47,259 bases of DNA from NCBI GenBank assembly GCA_016211195.1, contig JACQSS010000045.1:1-47259 (forward strand). The letters run 5' to 3'. Shown here piece by piece: positions 28,601-36,939 of the stretch (the first letter of the stretch is position 1; each line of letters begins with the position of its first letter). This stretch comes from Candidatus Woesearchaeota archaeon. Lineage in GTDB: Archaea > Nanobdellota > Nanobdellia > Woesearchaeales > JAGVYF01. A program made the translations under genes and the position numbers. The notes beneath the pieces are model-generated. The model was not told the origin of the DNA, searched no databases, and saw only the letters and a list, made by a program, of their open reading frames with translations.

Positions 28601-31600
28601 GGCTGACTTTGCCTGAGCAACAGCCAGCATTTTCATAGCCAGATACTTGGTGCGTGTTGTCCAGTTTCCGTCTTCACAATAGGAGTCAGCTTCGATATAG
28701 CCCGTATCAACACATCGCCGGCCATTCCAGCATTGACTGTTGCTGAGGCAGTAGCCCTGCGCCGTTGCATCGCCTTGTGACCTATTGTCCGGTCGTTCCT
28801 TGTAATAGGTTTGTTTCCATGTGGCGACTGCACCTTTTGCTGAGACCGTTACCTTCCCCTTTGGCGTTGTGCTGTCAAGACCAATGGAGAACTGGCCGGG
28901 TGCGTCGAATGTTTTCTCAACTGAATGGCCCCCATCAACTTCTATGTCAAAGAAGCTGCTGACCAGCCGCCTCTTTGCGGTGTCTGCATTATCCCATTTG
29001 ATACGGTCTCCAGGCTCAATAGCCACGTCACGCGGGGTGAATGCACTGCCTTTTATCTGGACGGAAATTGTCTTTCCTTCCCGAACTGGCAATGTAGCCA
29101 TACACACGTACTGGTCAAAGGGATTGCCACGCCGGAAACCGAAATGCTTGGTGAATGCTGGCGTGAACAAGCCGTAGGTCGTCTGCTGCGCCGGACCGTT
29201 GAGGGACAAGGTCTCCGGAACGCCTTCAACACAGGACAGGCCATTCCAGCAATAATTACTAGGACAGCATCCCTGCTCAAAGAATGCTGCATCAGTCGTA
29301 TTGTAGAAAAGCGTCAATTCAGCAAGCGTTGTCTGGGGAACGCTGCCACCTGTGTCTCTGTCTGCGGCGCTGAATTTTGCACCTGCCTCGTCGCTCCATT
29401 CACCCACTGCAATCGGGGCTTTCTTATACGAACAGAAGAATTTCCCTTTCACTGTACAGAATGGGGCATTCTGGACGATTGGTTTCTTGTTGAATGCTTT
29501 CGTGTCGCACCCATAGAACGTACTATTGAAGAACAGGACCTGTAACGGGATGTTATCAGCACGCACTTGTGCAAGCTCAGAACCCGGTTGCCTTCCCGGT
29601 GTATACGGAATCTGGATGGGTTGCACTGTCCCACGTTCAACAAAGCGGAGGTCATAAATGTCCGGGTGCAGATTAGCGACCTGTGGCCGGCCGCTTCCGG
29701 GAACGGGATACTCACATGAATGTGTCGTACAGAATTCAGTCTGCAACTGGCCGCCTGCAGTGAATTCAACATTACCTACCCTAAAATTGCTGGCAATCCG
29801 GTTTCCAAGCCAGCAACCAGCCTGGGAATCAGCATAGTACTCGGGACTATCCCGTGTGCTGTCATCACCACAGCACTGCTCCCCTGTCCAACCATACCCG
29901 GGTGTCTTGTCACAGGCAGTTTTTCCTGCAGGGATATCATCACCACCCGGCGCATTGTAGTCAAGATCATCTATCCACAAGTTCGGAAGATTGGTGGGAT
30001 GATAGAATGAACCAGAACAGTATTTTGTCTGGCCCCCAGTGAGGAAGACACGATCAATACCTATTGCGTTATAGACGCGTTGATTCTTGAACGTGAAAAT
30101 ATTGCCAAATGACTTGGCATCGCCCTCCTTGGAGAGGAATACAACGCCTTCAATGTTCCTGAGGTTACTGGTACAATCGCTTAAGGGGATGCTGACGTGC
30201 ATCCATTTATTGAGACTATGGCCATTGCCGACATAATCCTTTGCCGGCAGCCTGCAGAGGACACATTTTCCCTTGTACTTGTCACTGGCAGTGCACTGTG
30301 TGCCACCAACAAGGGCAATATCAAGGATGTAACTGTTTGGTACATTGATAAAGAAGTCAAGCGAACTGTAACGACTCCAGTCATTGATTTCGTGTTCTGC
30401 TTTGTTGCTTGTCTTTGCCGGAGAACTGTCGATAAAGAGCGGCTGCGAATAATACGCGTCAGTACCAATCTGCTCGTCTGCTGCACCGACACGCTGCACA
30501 AAAGTCTTGACACAATTTTTTCCTGCGGGACATGGGGTACCATCTGCAACATTAAAGTCTGAAATGCTTGTTAATGGTTCTCCAACAGTACGCAATTTTG
30601 GCGGCGGATTATCGCAGGCAACCCCATTACAGCATTCTGCAAATGCACCTTTATTGTCTTCATTATAGCAGATGAACCGTGCTGCCTTGTCCTTGTTTTT
30701 CAGGGTGCGCGTGACCTGTGTGCATTTCTCTTCCCCTTCCTTGTCATCACAGCCCTGATCAAGCCCGTCTCCGCAAGGGTCAAATGCATTGGGATGAATA
30801 CTGGCATCATTATCATTGCAGTCATTATCTTTGGTGAACCCATCGCCGTCCTGATCATCTGGTGTTGGCACAGTGCGGTTGACGCTGGGCAGGAAGTCGT
30901 CAATGTCATTTCCTTTACTCCCCCCGCCTTGTGTTCCACCAAGAGAGAACTCCGGTTCTGTCGTGGGCAAGCCGAGGCGCTGCGTGGAACTCAGCAGTCG
31001 GGCAGTGGACGGCGCTGCAAGCCCCTGGCCATCGGCAGTCTTACAGAGCCACCATTGTTCTGTATTTGAGACAACATCATAGAAATGCGTTGTTTTGCCA
31101 CCATCAATGCCGCGGTCCATGGTGAATATTTTGTATGGGATGGCAGTCTTACTTGCGGATTCAGAGACGGTAGCTTTCAGCCATTCCCACTCCCCATCCA
31201 GACCGGCTTTGTTCCTTGTGCAAAGGTCAACATCCGCGTATGTGGTCCCTGCATCTGACTTTGTTCCTGATGGTTTTCCGCCAACACGGTTATCGAAGTT
31301 TCCGCAACATTTATTCCTGCTTGGAGCGCTGGTCAGAAAGACTTTATCGGCGCGAGTGAAATCTGTTTTCTTATCAGGCTGCCCGTCGACATTATCGTCA
31401 ATGCTGGTGACACATCGTTTAGGATGGACTTCTGGAGAATAATAGGGGAAACGACAGGAAAGCCATTGTGCACCGGATGTGCACGCTTTTCCCACAAGGT
31501 TTTCGCAATCGCCACATGCAAGCGGTGGGGGTGAATTGAAGCCACCCGGTCCATCACTCAAGACCGCATAATAATCATCAGGTAATGCACATGCATCTTT

Positions 31601-31813
31601 CAGCACACCTTTGTTATCGAGGCAGCTGGCCTGACACGTCACAACAGTCGCTGTTTTTGAGCCGGGATTTGCCTGTGAAATGCCAACAGGTTCCCCATCA
31701 TCAGTTGTTTTCAGGATTTCTATTTTGCATGTTGACGGGTCAAGGGATTGGGCTGATAATGGGAACGCCAGAAGGAGAAAAACAACTGCACACACCAGCA
31801 AGCTTCTTTTCAT
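25631..31813 (-). CDS. Giant (about 2060 aa) secreted Cys-rich Ca-binding-repeat protein, no membrane anchor
   Basis: The track start at 31819 is TTG. The ATG at 31813 gives [23 protein letters not shown], with GGGG 6 nt upstream. It has a MopE-like putative metal-binding Cys motif ([25 protein letters not shown]). A canonical thrombospondin type 3 repeat ([26 protein letters not shown]) and many DxDxDG repeats occupy about nt 26620-27520. The C-terminus has Ig-like Cys-pair modules and no C-terminal TM. Confidence 0.9.
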   Translation of the reverse strand: [2060 protein letters not shown]

Positions 31814-31856
31814 TGACAACCCCTTTTAAGTAGACGTGAAAAAGAGGGTTGGCCGC

Positions 31857-31864
31857 TATTTAAA
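31857..31864 (-). promoter_or_regulatory. TATA box (minus-strand TTTAAATA), likely promoter of the 20-kb surface operon
   Basis: The centre at 31860.5 lies about 47 nt upstream of the ATG at 31813. The predicted leader of about 20 nt carries a GGGG SD. Confidence 0.5.
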
Positions 31865-31963
31865 GTTTGTGGTCGGGGAAATGGCTCATCCGGAAAGAGG
31901 AGTGCATCATTTTTCTGAGGCAAAAAGCAAACGTTTTTGAGCTGCCTGCCGTTGTCCGGCTGC

Positions 31964-32641
31964 ATGACCCATGTCGTGTTTCGGGACGATGATGTTGATG
32001 AGGTGAGTGATCAATTTCTTGCGTATCGTGACCTTATGAAAAAGTATGAGATGCCTGTTACCTATGCGGTCATTCCGGGAAGGACCAGTCCATCAAGTGC
32101 TCAGAAACTTAAGTCATTGAAAACAGCGAAAGATGTTTTTGTCCAGCACGGCTGGATGCATACGAATCATGGGACAGACACACAAAAGGCGGAGTTTGGA
32201 ATGCGCGAACCTGAAATAGAACAGCAGGAAATTCTTGCGGGGTATGCAAAAATGAAGGACCTTTTCGCAGATGATTTCCTGCCTGTTTTTGTGCCACCAT
32301 ATCATGCATATACACAGCACACATGGCATGCTGCACAGGAAGCGGGCTGCAAAGGATTCTCAGCAAAAAAAGGGCAGCCTGTCTGGGCAGGAATGAGGTC
32401 CCTCCCTGCGCATATTCTTTTTGATATCTATCGGGATGGGAAGCATTCATTTCTATCTGCACAAACAGCACTGCGGCAGTTCCTCTTTCTAAGAAAGCGG
32501 CCATTTGTCATCTTCCTGACGCATCACAAAAATATTGATTCATATGAACGTACCGAGCTGGAAAAGGTACTCCGGTTCCTCAGTCAGCTAAAGATGCGGG
32601 GTAAGGTGACGTTCTGTTCATTTGGAGACTTATTGCAATGA
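31964..32641 (+). CDS. Putative polysaccharide deacetylase-like protein
   Basis: The ATG at 31964 gives MTHVVFRDDDVDE... followed by ...YAVIPG... and HGWMHTNHG. An Asp-rich motif plus a His pair recalls divergent carbohydrate-esterase or deacetylase folds. The stop overlaps the next ATG (ATGA at 32638-32641). The family assignment is tentative. Confidence 0.45.
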   Translation: MTHVVFRDDDVDEVSDQFLAYRDLMKKYEMPVTYAVIPGRTSPSSAQKLKSLKTAKDVFVQHGWMHTNHGTDTQKAEFGMREPEIEQQEILAGYAKMKDLFADDFLPVFVPPYHAYTQHTWHAAQEAGCKGFSAKKGQPVWAGMRSLPAHILFDIYRDGKHSFLSAQTALRQFLFLRKRPFVIFLTHHKNIDSYERTELEKVLRFLSQLKMRGKVTFCSFGDLLQ

Positions 32642-33591
32642 AAATCATTAATCTTACTTTGGAAGTGACAAACAGGTGCAATATGCGCTGTGCCATGTGC
32701 GGCATCTGGGAAGAGAAGCAGAAAAAGGAGCTTTCAGTCAAGGAAGTTTCAACTTTATTTCATCATCCGCAGATCACGTACCCGGTTGGCTCCGTCTCAT
32801 TGACTGGGGGTGAGGTTTTCCTGCACTCAAAACTGGATACGCTCTATCGATATCTGTATCTGATGAAACGCCAAAAGAAAGTTGCAGCGATTGACATCGT
32901 GACCAGCGGCTATCTGACCGAGCAGATACTTGGCTTCCTTGAAAGAAACAAGGAATATCTCTGGGGGCTGGAGATGGACATCAGTCTTGACGGGCTCGAA
33001 GAAAAACACACTATGCAGCGTGGCTGGCCTGATGCATGGGCACGTACATGGAGGACTATTGATGCAATCAAGGCATTGTATCCATCGGTGAGGATAACAG
33101 CAAAATATACTATCAACGCATTAAACATCGATGATATTATGCCGGTTTACACGTTGTGCATGCAACGGGGCATTGCATTTCTCCCGAAATTCGTCGAGCA
33201 GGGGACAACTGCGTACTATCATCGCGTGCCAAAGCAGCATTCGCTTTTCATGATGACTGAAGAGAAACGGACCAAAGCGCTTGCCATTATCCAAGAGATT
33301 GCCTGCAAGGAAAAGGACAAGAAGCGCGCTGCACTCCTCAAGGAGCTGGTTGCATTGAAGGGCATGAAGGAAAATGTCACCACCTGCGGAACACCAGAAC
33401 AATCGCTATTCGTGACAGCGGATGGTTCTGTGCATGCCTGCATTTACATGCAGCCGATAGGGAATGTGTTTTCTCCTTTGGTCTTAGAAAATGCATGTCA
33501 CGCGGAACAGGTCGCTCGCGGTAGGGGCGGCACTTGCCCGAAATGTATCGCATATCACGGCTATCTCAGGAGCTGGAACTGTAGAAATTAA
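32638..33591 (+). CDS. Radical SAM enzyme with SPASM/twitch-like C-terminal Cys motifs
   Basis: The radical SAM CxxxCxxC motif is CNMRCAMC. C-terminal motifs are CGTPEQSLFVTADGSVHACIYMQPIGNV and GGTCPKC. Confidence 0.8.
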   Translation: MKIINLTLEVTNRCNMRCAMCGIWEEKQKKELSVKEVSTLFHHPQITYPVGSVSLTGGEVFLHSKLDTLYRYLYLMKRQKKVAAIDIVTSGYLTEQILGFLERNKEYLWGLEMDISLDGLEEKHTMQRGWPDAWARTWRTIDAIKALYPSVRITAKYTINALNIDDIMPVYTLCMQRGIAFLPKFVEQGTTAYYHRVPKQHSLFMMTEEKRTKALAIIQEIACKEKDKKRAALLKELVALKGMKENVTTCGTPEQSLFVTADGSVHACIYMQPIGNVFSPLVLENACHAEQVARGRGGTCPKCIAYHGYLRSWNCRN

Positions 33592-34648
33592 TGATGGCAT
33601 TGCAGACGACATCAACGTCTTTGGTATCCATCAATGGATAGAGTGGTAGAATAAGGGCTTCTCGTGTGTATCGTTCGGCCTGCGGAAATTGCTGGCTTGC
33701 GGTGTACGACGAAAAGAGTGGTATGCGGTGCAGCGGCAGGTATGGTTCTTTACAAATGATACCCTCTTTGGCCAAAGAAGCCATCAGCTCGTCTCGTCGA
33801 GGAGCATAGACGAGGTAAGACTGGCGAATGGACTGAGTACCGGGAGGGTCCCTGATAAGAGTAATGGGTGTCTGTGCCAAATGCGCTTCATACCGGGTAC
33901 GACACTCGTGCTTACGCTTTTCAATGAGGGATGCAACTTTCACCTTGACGTGCAGGGTTGCCATGTCACCATAGGACATCTTGCCCGGCGTCCTGTTGCA
34001 TTGGAGCACAGACGGATGTGCCTGCTCGATAGACAACATGGAGTGGATGCGTTCCCGATCCTCCTTGTGTTTGTATACTAATGCCCCACCTGTTCCTACA
34101 GAGGCGATTGTCTTGAACGGGTCAAACGAAAATGCCCCATATGTTCCGAATGAGCCCACCATGACACTACCTACCCGCGTTCCGTGTGCCTGACAACAAT
34201 CCTCTATCACTGAAACCCCTTTTTTTATGAGGACATCAAGAGCTGCGGCATGGCCATACATGTGAACGGGAATAATGCACCGCGTCTTTTCAGTGATGGT
34301 TACTTGTTGCTCATCGATGGTACAATCATCCTTGATATCAACAAAGCGAGGCAGAGCCCCGCAGGCCAGGATGGCTGCGATTGTAGATGGCCATGAGAGG
34401 ACGGGGAGGATAACGTCGTCGCCTACGCCAATTCCCACAAGCCGGCATGCGAGATACAGGGCAGTTGTCCCTGAATCAACAAATGTACACAGAGGTGTGC
34501 CAACATATTTAGCAAAAGCAGATTCCACATCCCGTTTATACGAAAAGAGCTGCTCAATGCGGCCCAAGGCATAGAGTGCACGGAACTCTTTCTCGATAAG
34601 CGGATAGAGCAGGCGATTGACTCGCATATCATCATGCGCTATCACCAT
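33566..34648 (-). CDS. DegT/DnrJ/EryC1/StrS-family PLP-dependent sugar aminotransferase
   Basis: Motifs seen are ...FAKYVGTPLCTFVDSGTTALYLA..., ...DDVILPVLSWPSTI..., IPVHMYGH, VIEDCCQAHG and SFDPFKTI (the putative PLP-Lys). Confidence 0.85.
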   Translation of the reverse strand: MVIAHDDMRVNRLLYPLIEKEFRALYALGRIEQLFSYKRDVESAFAKYVGTPLCTFVDSGTTALYLACRLVGIGVGDDVILPVLSWPSTIAAILACGALPRFVDIKDDCTIDEQQVTITEKTRCIIPVHMYGHAAALDVLIKKGVSVIEDCCQAHGTRVGSVMVGSFGTYGAFSFDPFKTIASVGTGGALVYKHKEDRERIHSMLSIEQAHPSVLQCNRTPGKMSYGDMATLHVKVKVASLIEKRKHECRTRYEAHLAQTPITLIRDPPGTQSIRQSYLVYAPRRDELMASLAKEGIICKEPYLPLHRIPLFSSYTASQQFPQAERYTREALILPLYPLMDTKDVDVVCNAIINFYSSSS

Positions 34649-35772
34649 CTAATCGCCTGTGCTGTGTTTTTTATCCCATCGAAACAATTCTCAGGGAGCT
34701 GCTTGGGGTGTAGTTGTAGGGCTTTCCGCAGGGCTACAGCAAGTGATGGTGTTGTGAGCTGCTCATAGCTGTGTGTCACGCTAAAGCCGAGTTGTTCTGC
34801 CATGAACGCCCGGTATCGTTGTTCCAGATAAAAGTTATTATTCTCTTTCTCCCGGGGGACAAGGACGCTGGGGGTTCCACAATAGAGCAACTGTACCACC
34901 GTCCCATACCCAGCCATGTTGATGCACGCGCGGGCAGATGCAAACAGGCCAGAAAGGCTTGCAACATGAGGATGAAGTTGCACATGGTAACAATTTGCCA
35001 GCTTGGTAAAGAGATGTAGTTCTGCTGGAGATGAAGCTGGCCCGGGCACACAGACGAACCTGTAGTCGGGAAATTGAGACGCAAGCTGGAGGCCGTATGC
35101 GATCAGCTTCGGGTAGATGACGCCACCTCCCCGCGACAGGAGAATCATGGGTTCACGGTTGGTTTTCTTGAGTGTGGATGGGAGGACATAACCAGTAAAT
35201 AAGAGAATATCATATTTTTTGAAAAAGGTGTTATACCATGCTGCAGTGGATGAAAGACCTTCTTTCTCAAGAAACACCTGCAAGAAATGAAGATCATACT
35301 CCTTAGGGGTATGAACGAACAACCGGTCAAACAGGGGAATCCATTGCTCTACTTTATGGATCGGCGTGCTGACGACCGGGTAGCCAATACTTGCATACAG
35401 TTTGACACCCTTTCTCTTGAGCCAGTGGAGAATGGGTAGCAGCTCAGGTGCACAGTCTTCACGACCAAAGGGGAAGTATTCTGTCATGAAAATATCGGGT
35501 GCAAAGCGTGTCAGTGCATCATACATCGTTTGTATTCTTTCTTTTACCTGCACTGTCGTGGGCTGCTGCATCGCCCCCCTGAAGACTTGCTTGGAATAAA
35601 AGGGGTAGGGAAGATTGATGACGGGAAATGGGCTCAGAGCAGACAACGGCTTGCCCCCTTGTAGGAAAAGAAAATCAATGTGTGAAAGTGCATGAAGTCC
35701 TTCTGCCAATGCAAAGACCCTTGTCGTATGACCAAGTGTCTCACAATGGGTGAAGTAGAATGCAAGACGCAT
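34642..35772 (-). CDS. Glycosyltransferase, GT28/MurG-like (COG4671-like)
   Basis: The N-terminus has ETLGHTTR (a GxGHxxR-like motif). The C-terminus has MAGYGTVVQLLYCGTPSVLVPRE......EQRYRA. It overlaps degT by 7 nt. Confidence 0.65.
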   Translation of the reverse strand: MRLAFYFTHCETLGHTTRVFALAEGLHALSHIDFLFLQGGKPLSALSPFPVINLPYPFYSKQVFRGAMQQPTTVQVKERIQTMYDALTRFAPDIFMTEYFPFGREDCAPELLPILHWLKRKGVKLYASIGYPVVSTPIHKVEQWIPLFDRLFVHTPKEYDLHFLQVFLEKEGLSSTAAWYNTFFKKYDILLFTGYVLPSTLKKTNREPMILLSRGGGVIYPKLIAYGLQLASQFPDYRFVCVPGPASSPAELHLFTKLANCYHVQLHPHVASLSGLFASARACINMAGYGTVVQLLYCGTPSVLVPREKENNNFYLEQRYRAFMAEQLGFSVTHSYEQLTTPSLAVALRKALQLHPKQLPENCFDGIKNTAQAIRW

Positions 35773-35793
35773 ACGGTGCAGCTCGGATAAAGC

Positions 35794-35801
35794 TATTTAA
35801 A
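35794..35801. promoter_or_regulatory. Bidirectional TATA box (TATTTAAA / TTTAAATA)
   Basis: The centre is at 35797.5. The minus-strand ATG at 35772 is 25.5 nt away. The plus-strand in-frame ATG at 35824 (MEGYIK...) is 26.5 nt away, whereas the ATG at 35806 is only 5 nt from the box. Confidence 0.6.
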
Positions 35802-35805
35802 GGTA

Positions 35806-36939
35806 ATGGCACTTGGCGGCCAGATGGAGGGTTATATCAAGGCATTATTGCAGGCATTTCCTGAATATGATGTCGGCGACTGGGCACACGTTCCTGTCAC
35901 GACTCGTCAGAAGATTGAACAATGGACATTCAGACAATGCAAAGACAAACCCGTCCTTATCTCGATGACGAGTGGCAGCTCAGGCACGCCTGCTACGATT
36001 TTCCATTCGGCTGCGTCTGTTCAGGCGAAAATTGAACGTGCCCAGCACCTCTTTGCACCGCTTTTTCAGGATAATGACCATGTTTTTTATAACCTTCTTG
36101 GCAGGTTCTGCATCACGAAAAAAACCGCAGAGCTTGCATTCCTCGGCTTGGGGAAATTATGCATCTCATTTGGGATTCCTTCAGAGAAAAATGCCAAGGC
36201 AATTCTTCATGCAACTGGGATGCGGCAGCCGGATGGGCTGCTTGCGACAACAGGGGGGCTGTCATCATTGCTTGAGCTGAAGATTCCTATCACAACAAAA
36301 TATGCTTTTGTGGGTGGGTCGTTGGGAACGAAAGAGTTCACAGAATGGGTCATCACATCACTCCAGTGCAGATACATCAATACCTATGCCTGCAATGAGT
36401 TTGGTGTCATTGCCGCTGATATTGGCGGAGACGGATTAGTCGCCGGAAGCAACATTTTCCTTGAGGTGTTGACTGAACAACAGGAAATCAAAGAAGAAGG
36501 TGTCGGGAAATTGCTTGTAACGGACTACACAAATTACGCGATGCCTTTTATCCGGTACGTGTTGGGTGATAAGGTTGAACTGAGAAAGAAGAATGGACAT
36601 GTCTGCATTACGGTGCTTGGGCGCAATGACCAATTTATCAATTTCGATCAAGTGCTTGTCTCATTGCCCTCACTCCTCGAGACCGTCAAGAATCTCCTGG
36701 GGCATGAGAAATTTTATGTCGCGATCTCACATGAGCAAAAGACGCTTTTTGATTGTGCGAAGGTCCATATCCCAGTCGGAGATGAACAGAAAGAAGGTGT
36801 CCTCAGAGAGCGCGTTCATGCATTGATAGGCAGGACCCCAAAAATAATCGTCACAGAGAAATTTTTTCGGGCGCAAAATGGGAAGTATCTCCAGTTCTTT
36901 GACCTGCGCAAGGCACCTGCACAGGGAGCCCATTGGTAG
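35806..36939 (+). CDS. Adenylate-forming enzyme, coenzyme F390 synthetase / phenylacetate-CoA ligase (PaaK/CapK)-like
   Basis: The AMP-binding P-loop is SMTSGSSGTPATIFHS, and the about 370-aa length fits. The likely true start is the ATG at 35824, based on promoter spacing. Confidence 0.7.
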   Translation: MALGGQMEGYIKALLQAFPEYDVGDWAHVPVTTRQKIEQWTFRQCKDKPVLISMTSGSSGTPATIFHSAASVQAKIERAQHLFAPLFQDNDHVFYNLLGRFCITKKTAELAFLGLGKLCISFGIPSEKNAKAILHATGMRQPDGLLATTGGLSSLLELKIPITTKYAFVGGSLGTKEFTEWVITSLQCRYINTYACNEFGVIAADIGGDGLVAGSNIFLEVLTEQQEIKEEGVGKLLVTDYTNYAMPFIRYVLGDKVELRKKNGHVCITVLGRNDQFINFDQVLVSLPSLLETVKNLLGHEKFYVAISHEQKTLFDCAKVHIPVGDEQKEGVLRERVHALIGRTPKIIVTEKFFRAQNGKYLQFFDLRKAPAQGAHW

